A DNA stretch of 64,000 bases from Alistipes sp. (GTDB taxonomy: Bacteria; Bacteroidota; Bacteroidia; Bacteroidales; Rikenellaceae), in the NCBI GenBank assembly GCA_017624955.1, contig JAGAMA010000042.1:30318-94317 (forward strand), given 5' to 3'. The translations under genes and the position numbers were made by a program. Under the pieces are notes generated by a model. The model made no database searches. It worked only from the letters and a program-made list of their open reading frames with translations, and was not told the origin of the DNA. Of the stretch, positions 33,581-42,596 are shown in pieces. The first letter of the stretch is position 1. The number at the start of each line of letters is the position of its first letter.

Positions 33581-34993
33581 ATGAAACAGTTTAACGACGA
33601 CAATTTCCTGTTGCAGACGCCGGCAGCCGAGCGTCTCTACCATGAGCATGCAGCCAAGATGCCGATCATTGACTACCACTGCCACCTGATCCCCGAGTAT
33701 GTGGCTTCGAACCACAAGTTCGACAACCTCTCGAAGATCTGGCTCGAGGGTGACCACTATAAGTGGCGCGCCATGCGTACGAACGGTGTCGATGAGCGCT
33801 ATTGCACGGGTAAGGATACGACCGACTGGGAGAAGTTTGAGAAGTGGGCCGAGACGGTTCCCTATACGATGCGTAACCCGCTTTACCACTGGACCCACCT
33901 GGAGCTTAAGACCGCTTTCGGTGTGGAGAAGCTCCTCAACCCCTCGACCGCTCGTGAGATCTATGATGTCTGCACCGAGAAGTTGCAGCAGCCCGAGTTC
34001 TATGCGCGTGGTCTGATGGAGCACTACAACGTGGAGACGGTCTGCACGACCGACGATCCGATCGACTCGCTGGAGCACCACCTCAAGGTAGCCGCCGACG
34101 GCTTCAAGGTAAAGATGCTGCCGACGTGGCGTCCCGATAAGGCGATGGCCGTAGAGGTTCCCGCCAACTTCAAGGCATACATCGACAAGCTGGCCGAGGT
34201 ATCGGGTGTCGAGATTAAGAAGTTCCAGGATGTAATCGAGGCGCTGCGCGTACGTCACAAGTTCTTCGAGGAGGTAGGTTGCCGCCTGTCGGACCACGGT
34301 ATCGAGGAGTTCTATGCCGAGGACTACACGCAGTCGGAGATCGACGCCATCTTCCTCAAGGTTTACGGCGGTCAGCCGCTGACGCAGGAGGAGATCCTCA
34401 AGTACAAGACCGCTATGATGGTCGAGTTCGCCATCATGGACTGGGAGACGGGTTGGACGCAGCAGTTCCACTACGGCGCTATTCGCGACAACAACGGCCG
34501 CATGTTCCGTCAGCTGGGTCCCGACACGGGCTTTGACTCGATCGGTGACTTCACGGTAGCGAAGAAGATGTCGAAGTTCTTCAACATGCTCGACGAGCAG
34601 GATAAGCTCACGAAGACCATTATCTACAACCTCAACCCCCGCGATAACGAGCTCGTAGCCACGATGCTGGGTAACTTCCAGGATGGCCGCTACGGTGCCG
34701 GTAAGATTCAGTTCGGTTCGGGCTGGTGGTTCCTCGATCAAAAGGACGGTATGGAGAAGCAGATGAACGCCCTCTCGACGCTGGGCCTGCTGAGCCGCTT
34801 CGTCGGTATGCTGACCGACTCGCGCTCGTTCCTCTCGTACCCGCGCCACGAGTACTTCCGTCGTACGCTCTGCAACCTGCTGGGTAACGATATCGAGCAG
34901 GGTCTGCTGCCCGCTTCGGAGATCGACTTCATCGGTAAGGAGATCGTAGAGGGTGTTTGCTACCGCAATGCTAAGAATTACTTCAAATTTTAA
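33581..34993 (+). CDS. uxaC: glucuronate isomerase
   Basis: 470 aa; LYHEHAAKMPIIDYHCHL is the canonical UxaC N-terminus. Confidence 0.93.
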   Translation: MKQFNDDNFLLQTPAAERLYHEHAAKMPIIDYHCHLIPEYVASNHKFDNLSKIWLEGDHYKWRAMRTNGVDERYCTGKDTTDWEKFEKWAETVPYTMRNPLYHWTHLELKTAFGVEKLLNPSTAREIYDVCTEKLQQPEFYARGLMEHYNVETVCTTDDPIDSLEHHLKVAADGFKVKMLPTWRPDKAMAVEVPANFKAYIDKLAEVSGVEIKKFQDVIEALRVRHKFFEEVGCRLSDHGIEEFYAEDYTQSEIDAIFLKVYGGQPLTQEEILKYKTAMMVEFAIMDWETGWTQQFHYGAIRDNNGRMFRQLGPDTGFDSIGDFTVAKKMSKFFNMLDEQDKLTKTIIYNLNPRDNELVATMLGNFQDGRYGAGKIQFGSGWWFLDQKDGMEKQMNALSTLGLLSRFVGMLTDSRSFLSYPRHEYFRRTLCNLLGNDIEQGLLPASEIDFIGKEIVEGVCYRNAKNYFKF

Positions 34994-35014
34994 TAACTCA
35001 AACTTTTTTAAGAG

Positions 35015-36034
35015 ATGAAAATCGTAACTTTAGGTGAGATCATGCTCCGTCTTTCGACGCCGGGCAACACGCGCTTCGTTCAGTCGGATTCGTTCGATGT
35101 AGTTTATGGCGGTGGTGAGGCTAACGTAGCAGTGAGCTGCGCCAACTACGGCCACGAGGCCTACTTTGTAACCAAGCTGCCGAAGCACGAGATCGGTCAG
35201 TCGGCTGTCAATGCGCTGCGCAAGTATGGCGTGAAGACCGACTTCATCGCCCGTGGTGGTGATCGCGTAGGTATCTACTTCCTCGAGACGGGTGCTTCGA
35301 TGCGTCCCTCGAAGGTGATCTACGACCGTGCTCACTCGTCGATTGCCGAGGCCGATACGACCGACTTCGATTTCGATGCTATCATGGAGGGTGCCGACTG
35401 GTTCCACTGGTCGGGTATCACGCCCGCCATTTCGGATAAGGCTGCCGAGCTGACGAAGCTCGCTTGCGAGGCTGCCAAGCGTCACGGTGTGACTGTTTCG
35501 GTAGACCTGAACTTCCGCAAGAAGCTCTGGACGAAGGAGAAGGCTCAGTCGATCATGCGCCCGCTGATGCAGTATGTTGATGTCTGCATCGGTAACGAGG
35601 AGGATGCAGAGCTCTGCCTCGGTTTCAAGCCCGATGCTGACGTAGAGGGTGGTGAGACCAACGCCGAGGGCTACAAGGGCATCTTTACGCAGATGGCCAA
35701 GGAGTTCGACTTCAAGTATGTGATCTCGACCCTGCGCGAGTCGTTCTCGGCTACGCACAACGGCTGGAAGGCCATGATCTACAACGGCGAGGAGTTCTAC
35801 GAGTCGAAGCGTTACGATATCAACCCGATCATCGACCGCGTAGGTGGTGGTGACTCGTTCTCGGGTGGTATTATCCACGGTCTTTTGACCAAGCCCAACC
35901 AGGGTGAGGCGCTCGAGTTCGCTGTAGCTGCTTCGGCACTGAAGCACACGATCAACGGCGACTTCAACCTCGTATCGGTTGAGGAGGTGGAGTCGTTGGC
36001 AGGTGGTAATGCGAATGGCCGCGTACAGCGCTAA
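35015..36034 (+). CDS. kdgK: 2-dehydro-3-deoxygluconokinase (PfkB family)
   Basis: VTLGEIMLRLSTPG...GGGEANVAV and C-terminal VGGGDSFSGGIIHG are PfkB sugar-kinase motifs. Confidence 0.9.
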   Translation: MKIVTLGEIMLRLSTPGNTRFVQSDSFDVVYGGGEANVAVSCANYGHEAYFVTKLPKHEIGQSAVNALRKYGVKTDFIARGGDRVGIYFLETGASMRPSKVIYDRAHSSIAEADTTDFDFDAIMEGADWFHWSGITPAISDKAAELTKLACEAAKRHGVTVSVDLNFRKKLWTKEKAQSIMRPLMQYVDVCIGNEEDAELCLGFKPDADVEGGETNAEGYKGIFTQMAKEFDFKYVISTLRESFSATHNGWKAMIYNGEEFYESKRYDINPIIDRVGGGDSFSGGIIHGLLTKPNQGEALEFAVAASALKHTINGDFNLVSVEEVESLAGGNANGRVQR

Positions 36035-36179
36035 AAAGTTTTCCGTGAAGACGGGCACCTTTTGACCTTTGCTTGCGAGTTGCGAATGGGCAGTACGCCA
36101 AGTACAGCCCATCCGCACTCACGGCACAAAAATCAAAATCTGCCGCGCCTTGACGAAAAACAGGTAATACCTATTTATA

Positions 36180-36187
36180 TAATTTTG
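36180..36187 (+). promoter_or_regulatory. -7 box (TAATTTTG) for eda-exuT-uxaB
   Basis: Exact TAnnTTTG match 32 nt upstream of ATG 36219. Confidence 0.45.
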
Positions 36188-36218
36188 AATCCTACATTCT
36201 AATTCTGCATTTGTAACA

Positions 36219-36893
36219 ATGGCAAAGTTTGATAAGATCGCCGTGATGAAGAAGATCGGCGAGACGGGTATGGTTCCCGTTTTCTATCACAAGGACGTAG
36301 AGGTTGCCAAGAAGGTCGTGAAGGCCTGCTACGAGGGTGGTGTGCGCGCCTTTGAGTTCACGAACCGTGGCGATTTCGCACATGAGATCTTTGGCGAGCT
36401 GGTAAAGTGGGCTGCTGACGAGTGCCCCGAGCTGGCGCTGGGTATCGGTTCGATCGTGGACGCCCCGACGGCTGCTCTTTATATTCAGCTGGGTGCCAAC
36501 TTCATCGTGGGCCCGCTCTTCAACCCCGACATTGCTCCCGTCTGCAACCGTCGTTCGATTCCCTACTGCCCGGGTTGCGGTACGGTATCGGAGATCGGTA
36601 AGGCTCAGGAGCTGGGTTGCGACCTGACGAAGCTCTTCCCGGGTGATGTTTACGGCCCGAACATGGTGAAGGGTCTGATGGCTCCCTGCCCCTGGTCGAA
36701 GATCATGGTAACGGGTGGCGTTTCGCCCGATCGTGAGAACCTCACGTCGTGGTTCAAGGCCGGTGTTTACTGCGTAGGTATGGGTTCGAAGCTCTTCCCC
36801 TCGGATAAGGTGAAGGCCGAGGATTGGACCTACGTTACGGAGAAGTGCCGTGAGTGCCTGGATATCATTGCCGAGATTCGTGGTAAGAAATAA
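36219..36893 (+). CDS. eda: 2-dehydro-3-deoxyphosphogluconate / 4-hydroxy-2-oxoglutarate aldolase
   Basis: 224 aa. [15 protein letters not shown]-like GIGSIVD and KLFPG blocks are typical of Eda. Its position between kdgK and exuT fits. Confidence 0.85.
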   Translation: MAKFDKIAVMKKIGETGMVPVFYHKDVEVAKKVVKACYEGGVRAFEFTNRGDFAHEIFGELVKWAADECPELALGIGSIVDAPTAALYIQLGANFIVGPLFNPDIAPVCNRRSIPYCPGCGTVSEIGKAQELGCDLTKLFPGDVYGPNMVKGLMAPCPWSKIMVTGGVSPDRENLTSWFKAGVYCVGMGSKLFPSDKVKAEDWTYVTEKCRECLDIIAEIRGKK

Positions 36894-36928
36894 TTGAAGT
36901 AAAAATAAATAAACGTAAAACAAACGAC

Positions 36929-38374
36929 ATGACTAACATCAAAAAGCAAATGACGAACTGGCGTTGGTGGATGTGTCTGCTGCTCTTCGTGGCTACGACC
37001 GTTAACTACATGGACCGCCAGGTACTTTCGCTGACGTGGAAGGACTTTATTGCCCCCGAATTCCACTGGACCGACTCGGACTATGGTACGATCACCGGTT
37101 TCTTCTCGATCTTCTATGCCGTAGCTTGCCTCTTTGCAGGTAAGTTCGTGGACTGGATGGGTACGAAGAAGGGCTTCTTGTGGGCTATCGGCGTTTGGTC
37201 GCTGGGTGCATGTATGCACGCAGGTTGCGGCTGGATGACGATGACGATCCAGGGCCACGAGTCGATCGAGGCGCTGAAGGCGCTTGAGAATGGCTCGGAG
37301 GCTGCGATGGCTGCTGCCGCACTCAGTGTATGGCTCTTCCTCGTATGCCGTGCCATCCTTGCCCTCGGTGAGGCCGGTAACTTCCCTGCAGCTATTAAGG
37401 TAACGGCCGAGTACTTCCCCAAGAAGGACCGCGCTTTGGCTACGTCGCTCTTCAACGCAGGTGCATCGGTAGGTGCTTTGGCTGCTCCGCTGACGATTCC
37501 TATCCTGGCTCAGGCCATGGGTTGGGAGATGGCCTTCATCATCATCGGTGCCCTCGGCTTTATCTGGATGTTCTTCTGGGTATATATGTACGAGAAGCCC
37601 GAGAAGTCGAAGCATGTAAATGCTGCCGAGCTGGAGTACATTCTCCAGGATGAGAAGGACGCTCCGAAGGAGGTGAAGCCCGCCGTTGAGGAGGAGAAGA
37701 CGATCCCCTTCCTCAAGTGCTTCGGTTACAAGCAGACCTGGTCGTTCATCGCCGGTAAGTTCTTCACCGATGGTGTTTGGTGGTTCTACCTGTTCTGGGC
37801 TCCGGCTTACTTCTCGGAGTGCGGTTACGGTATGGATACGACGATGGGTAAGATGCTCGTATTCGTGCTTTACCTGATCGTGACGGTTATCTCGATCGGT
37901 GGTGGTTATCTGCCCAAGTTGTTCGTAGAGAAGAAGGGTATGGAGCCCTACTCGGGTCGTATGCTTGCGATGTTGATCTTCGCCTTCTTCCCCCTCTTCG
38001 CCCTCTTCGCTCAGCCGCTGCAGGGTATCTCGGTTTGGTTCCCCGCGCTGATTATCGGTATCGCCGGTGCTGGTCACCAGGCTTGGTCGGCCAACCTCTT
38101 CTCGACCACGGGTGACATGTTCCCCAAGTCGACCATCGCTACCATTACGGGTATCGGTGCCATGGCCGGTGGTTGCGGTTCGTTCCTGATCAACAAGGGT
38201 GCAGGTATGCTCTTCACCTATGCTGAGACGCAGGGTTCGGCCTTCACCTTCGCCGGTTTCGAGGGTAAGCCCGCCGGTTACATGATCATCTTCTGCATCT
38301 GCGCCGTTGCCTACCTGATCGCTTGGTCGATCATGAAGACGCTGGTTCCGAAGCACAAGCCGATCGTTCTCTAG
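36929..38374 (+). CDS. exuT: MFS hexuronate transporter
   Basis: 481 aa with about 12 TM segments. WRWWMCLLLFVATTVNYMDRQVLS is ExuT/ACS-family-like. Confidence 0.82.
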   Translation: MTNIKKQMTNWRWWMCLLLFVATTVNYMDRQVLSLTWKDFIAPEFHWTDSDYGTITGFFSIFYAVACLFAGKFVDWMGTKKGFLWAIGVWSLGACMHAGCGWMTMTIQGHESIEALKALENGSEAAMAAAALSVWLFLVCRAILALGEAGNFPAAIKVTAEYFPKKDRALATSLFNAGASVGALAAPLTIPILAQAMGWEMAFIIIGALGFIWMFFWVYMYEKPEKSKHVNAAELEYILQDEKDAPKEVKPAVEEEKTIPFLKCFGYKQTWSFIAGKFFTDGVWWFYLFWAPAYFSECGYGMDTTMGKMLVFVLYLIVTVISIGGGYLPKLFVEKKGMEPYSGRMLAMLIFAFFPLFALFAQPLQGISVWFPALIIGIAGAGHQAWSANLFSTTGDMFPKSTIATITGIGAMAGGCGSFLINKGAGMLFTYAETQGSAFTFAGFEGKPAGYMIIFCICAVAYLIAWSIMKTLVPKHKPIVL

Positions 38375-38413
38375 TGATACTTCATTTAGCAAACACAACA
38401 AACTCATAAAGAA

Positions 38414-39868
38414 ATGATTAAGAAACTCAATAAGACGACGGTCGAGAAGGTCGAGCGTCCCGTTAAGATCCTTCAGTTTGGTGAGGGTAACTTCCTCCGC
38501 GCATTCGTAGATTGGCAGATCGACATCGCCAACGAGAAGGGCGTGATGAATTCGGGTGTGGCTATCTGCCAGCCGATCATCGACCCCGAGAAGAAGGTGC
38601 TGAAGATGGTTGAGATGCTCAACGAGCAGGACAACATGTACCATGTTTACCTCGAGGGTATCGAGAACAAGCAGCCCAAGAAGGATGTGCGCATGGTAAA
38701 GAGCGTGATGGACTCGTTCAACCCCTATGAGGATTACGCCAAGTACGAGCAGTACTTCCTCTCGCCCGATTTGAAGATCACGATCTCGAACACGACCGAG
38801 GCCGGTATCCGCTACGAGGAGGGTGACGATCTGACGGCTTGCCCGCCGAAGTCGTATCCCGCCAAGATGACGGCTCTGCTTTACAAGCGTTTCAAGCACT
38901 TCAACGGCGATCCCGAGAAGGGTCTGGTGATCATCTGCTGCGAGCTGATCGAGAACAACGGTTCGACGCTGCACGAGTATGTGATCAAGCACGCCCAGTA
39001 CCACAACCTGGGTCAGGACTTCATCGACTGGGTAGAGGCTAACTGCCACTTCTGCGACACGCTCGTTGACCGCATCGTTCCGGGCTTCCCGCGCGATACG
39101 ATTAAGGAGATTCAGGAGGAGGTCGGCTTCGAGGATAACCTCGTTGTGAAGGCCGAGCTGTATCACCTGTGGGCTATCGGTGGTCCGGGTTATAAGAAGG
39201 TAATGGAGGAGCTGCCGCTCGATAAGGCAGGTCTGCATGTTATCTTCATGCCCTCGATCAAGCAGTTCCGCGACAAGAAGGTACGCATCCTGAATGGTTC
39301 GCATACGGGTATGGTAACGATGGCTCTGCTGATGGGTTGCGAGACGGTGATGGACGCTTTCAACACGCCCGATATCGAGAAGTTCGTGAACGACATGGTT
39401 GCCGAGGAGGTTATCCCGATGATCGAGGAGGATCAGGAGGAGCTTAAGGCCTTTGCATCGAGCATCCTGGAGCGCTTCTACAACCCCTATATCAAGCACA
39501 TGCTGAAGTCGATCTCGCTCAACTCGCTGTCGAAGTGGGAGGCTCGCAACTATCCTACGGTTAAGGACAACTGGTTCAAGGCCGGTAAGGTAGCTGAGCA
39601 CGAGTGCATGACCTTCGCAGCTCTGATGGCTTACTACAGCCCCAAGAGCGGCTTCGAGCCCGATGATACGGCCGAGTTCGTTGCTTACATCCGCAACAAC
39701 TGGAATTCGGAGGATCTCGAGGGTACGGTAGCGAAGATCGTGAAGGAGAGCGGTATCTTTACCGTAGACTTCTCGGAGGTTCCGGGCTTCATCCCCGCCG
39801 TTGCCAAGTACCTCAAGGATATTGAGGAGCTGGGTATGGCTGCTGCCCTGAAGAAGTTCCTGGCTTAA
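38414..39868 (+). CDS. uxaB: tagaturonate reductase (altronate oxidoreductase)
   Basis: ILQFGEGNFLRAFVDWQID is the UxaB N-terminal dinucleotide-binding signature; the length, 484 aa, also fits. Confidence 0.9.
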   Translation: MIKKLNKTTVEKVERPVKILQFGEGNFLRAFVDWQIDIANEKGVMNSGVAICQPIIDPEKKVLKMVEMLNEQDNMYHVYLEGIENKQPKKDVRMVKSVMDSFNPYEDYAKYEQYFLSPDLKITISNTTEAGIRYEEGDDLTACPPKSYPAKMTALLYKRFKHFNGDPEKGLVIICCELIENNGSTLHEYVIKHAQYHNLGQDFIDWVEANCHFCDTLVDRIVPGFPRDTIKEIQEEVGFEDNLVVKAELYHLWAIGGPGYKKVMEELPLDKAGLHVIFMPSIKQFRDKKVRILNGSHTGMVTMALLMGCETVMDAFNTPDIEKFVNDMVAEEVIPMIEEDQEELKAFASSILERFYNPYIKHMLKSISLNSLSKWEARNYPTVKDNWFKAGKVAEHECMTFAALMAYYSPKSGFEPDDTAEFVAYIRNNWNSEDLEGTVAKIVKESGIFTVDFSEVPGFIPAVAKYLKDIEELGMAAALKKFLA

Positions 39869-40004
39869 ATTTTTGCGCGGGTAATTTCTGCGTTACGCTT
39901 GCTGCTCAACTGCTCACATACAAACAGTATGCTCCGCGTTGAGCATCTGCGCAAGCCTTGAAATTCCCTCCCGCAACTAATTTAAGCTCATAAGATGTTT
40001 AATC

Positions 40005-40044
40005 GAGGGGCGAGTGCCACGCAAGCGCACATCGCCCCTCTTTT
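40005..40044 (+). terminator. Rho-independent terminator after uxaB
   Basis: GAGGGGCGAGTGC...GCACATCGCCCCTC followed by TTTT. Confidence 0.7.
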
Positions 40045-40073
40045 GCTAAACCCTGAAAACACAAACTTTTGAG

Positions 40074-41567
40074 ATGAAAAGATTTCTGAAAATCAATGCC
40101 GTGGATAACGTGGCCGTAGCCATTGCCGACGATGTGAAGGCGGGCGAAGTGGTCGAGATCGACGGCCGAAAGATTACGCTCAAGGAGGATATTACGCGCG
40201 GGCACAAGTTTGCCATCCGACCGATTGCCGAGGGTGAGAATGTCATCAAGTACGGCTATCCGATCGGTCACGCTACGGCGGCCGTGGAGGAGGGTGGTTG
40301 GATCCACTCGCACAACCTGAAGACCAACCTGCACGATAACCTGGAGTACACCTACGACCACAAGAGCTACGAGATTAACTACCCGAAGCGCGACGATCTG
40401 AAGGTGATGGGTTACCTGAGAAAGAACAACACGATGGGTATCCGCAACGAGTTGTGGATTGTTCCCTCGGTAGGTTGCGTCAATGGCCAGGCACAGGCTA
40501 TTGCCGAGCGCGTGAAGAAGGAGTGCGACTGCTCGCACCTGGACGACGTGCGCGTTTATACGCACAACTACGGTTGTTCGCAGCTTGGCGAGGACCACTC
40601 GAATACGCAGCACGCCCTGGCAGCCCTTGTAAAGCACCCCAACGCAGGTGCTGTGCTGGTGCTGGGTCTGGGTTGCGAGAACAACCAGATTGCCTCGTTC
40701 AAGGAGGTGATTGGCGAGTGGGACGAGGAGCGCGTGAAGTTCCTCATTGCCCAGGAGGTTGAGGATGAGATCGAGACCGGTTTCCAGATCTGCAAGGAGC
40801 TGGTTGAGAAGACGCGCGAAGATAAGCGCGAGCCCCTGCCGCTGAGCTACCTGCGTGTAGGTCTGAAGTGCGGTGGCTCGGATGGCTTCTCGGGCATCAC
40901 GGCCAACCCGCTGGTGGGTCTCTTCTCGGATTGGCTCATCGCCCAGGGCGGTACGACGATCCTGACGGAGGTTCCCGAGATGTTTGGTGCCGAGACGATT
41001 CTGATGGACCGTGCCATTAATAAGGAGGTATTCGAGAATACGGTATGCCTGATCAACGACTTCAAGGGTTACTTCCGCAAGTACGACCAGCCGATCTACG
41101 AGAACCCCTCGCCGGGTAACAAGAAGGGTGGTATCACGACCCTGGAGGAGAAGTCGCTCGGTTGCGTGCAGAAGGGTGGTGCCCAGCAGGTGGTCGATGT
41201 ATTGACCTACTGCCAGCCCATCACGAAGACGGGTCTGAATCTGTTGCAGGCTCCGGGTAACGACCTCGTTGCCGCTTCGTCGCTTGCTCTGTCGGGTTGC
41301 CAGATCGTCCTCTTCACCACCGGTCGCGGTACGCCGTTTGGTGCTTTCGTGCCGACGATGAAGATCTCGACCAACACGCAGCTCTCCAAGTTCAAGGCCA
41401 ACTGGATCGACTTCAATGCCGGTACGATGGTCGAGGACGAGGAGCCGCAGGTAGTCCTGGAGCGTCTGGTCGAGAAGATTATTGCCACCGTAAATGGCGA
41501 TAAGCTCAAGCACGAGAAGACGGGCTTCAAGGAGATCGCTATCTTCAAGACGGGTGTAACGCTGTAA
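40074..41567 (+). CDS. uxaA: altronate dehydratase
   Basis: 497 aa. SAF-domain N-terminus NAVDNVAVAI...GHKFAIRPIAEGENVIKYGYPIGHA, and UxaA-family C-terminal conservation. Confidence 0.92.
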   Translation: MKRFLKINAVDNVAVAIADDVKAGEVVEIDGRKITLKEDITRGHKFAIRPIAEGENVIKYGYPIGHATAAVEEGGWIHSHNLKTNLHDNLEYTYDHKSYEINYPKRDDLKVMGYLRKNNTMGIRNELWIVPSVGCVNGQAQAIAERVKKECDCSHLDDVRVYTHNYGCSQLGEDHSNTQHALAALVKHPNAGAVLVLGLGCENNQIASFKEVIGEWDEERVKFLIAQEVEDEIETGFQICKELVEKTREDKREPLPLSYLRVGLKCGGSDGFSGITANPLVGLFSDWLIAQGGTTILTEVPEMFGAETILMDRAINKEVFENTVCLINDFKGYFRKYDQPIYENPSPGNKKGGITTLEEKSLGCVQKGGAQQVVDVLTYCQPITKTGLNLLQAPGNDLVAASSLALSGCQIVLFTTGRGTPFGAFVPTMKISTNTQLSKFKANWIDFNAGTMVEDEEPQVVLERLVEKIIATVNGDKLKHEKTGFKEIAIFKTGVTL

Positions 41568-41588
41568 TCCATTAACACTACGAAACCT

Positions 41589-42596
41589 ATGAAACGACTT
41601 TTAACCTTTATTGCCTCCGTGGCGCTGTTGGCTTCGTGCTGCTGCGGTGAGAAGGCGCCCAAGACGGAGTATGTAGTTGATTGCAACGGCAAGGGCGATT
41701 TTACCTCGTTGCAGGAGTGCTTGGATGCACTGCCGTCGAAGTCTCCCGTATGGCGCACGATCACCGTCAAGGAGGGTGAGTATCGTGAGAAGATCACGAT
41801 CGATGTCTATAAGGATAAGCTGACGATTGTGGGCGAGGGCGATGTGAAGATCGTCTGGGACGACCACACGGGCAAGGTGGTGGATGGTTACACGATGACC
41901 ACCTACGATTCGTGGACGATGTCGATTCAGGCCGATGAGGTGCATCTGCAGAACCTGACGATCGAGAACTCGGCCGGCCGTGTAGGCCAGGCTGTGGCTG
42001 TCGAGACGCGCGGTGACCGCATCATCATCGAGAACTGTCGCATGCTGGGTAACCAGGATACCTTCTTCACGAAGGACTATGTAGCCCGCGTCTATGTCAA
42101 GAACTGCTACATCGAGGGTACGACCGACTTCATCTTCGGTGCCTCGACCACGGTCTTTGACAACTGCGAGATCCACTGCAAGCAGAACAGCTACATCACG
42201 GCTGCCTCGACGGCTGAGCGCACGATCTATGGTTACATCTTCCGCAACTGCCACATTTCGTGCGGTGAGGAGGTGACGGCGATGTACCTGGGTCGTCCTT
42301 GGAAATCGACCGGTCGCACGGTGTGGATCGAGTGCTACATGCCCGAGCAGATTCGTCCCGAGGGTTGGCACAATTGGGGCGCGAAGGATCGCGAGGAGCG
42401 TTCGTTCTACGCCGAGTATAAGTGCTACGGCCCGGGTGCCGACCGCTCGAAGCGTGTAAAGTGGTCGCATGAGCTGACCGACGAGCAGGTTGCCAATGAG
42501 TATACGCTGGAGAAGATCTTCGCCCTGAAGGTCGGCTCGGAGCAGTATCGTTGGCCCTGGAATGGTACGTTTAACAAAGAAACCCCTGCTGAGTAA
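41589..42596 (+). CDS. pectin methylesterase (CE8), lipoprotein
   Basis: GQAVAVETRGDR, GNQDTFF, GTTDFIFG and LGRPWKS. Confidence 0.92.
   Translation: MKRLLTFIASVALLASCCCGEKAPKTEYVVDCNGKGDFTSLQECLDALPSKSPVWRTITVKEGEYREKITIDVYKDKLTIVGEGDVKIVWDDHTGKVVDGYTMTTYDSWTMSIQADEVHLQNLTIENSAGRVGQAVAVETRGDRIIIENCRMLGNQDTFFTKDYVARVYVKNCYIEGTTDFIFGASTTVFDNCEIHCKQNSYITAASTAERTIYGYIFRNCHISCGEEVTAMYLGRPWKSTGRTVWIECYMPEQIRPEGWHNWGAKDREERSFYAEYKCYGPGADRSKRVKWSHELTDEQVANEYTLEKIFALKVGSEQYRWPWNGTFNKETPAE

Noticed and set aside
36830-39601. 923-aa minus-strand ORF spanning exuT, uxaB and the gap between them.
   Set aside because: It runs antisense across two well-supported genes and an intergenic spacer. Its composition is repetitive (L/R/E/H/D-rich) and it has no domain signature. 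It is a shadow ORF.
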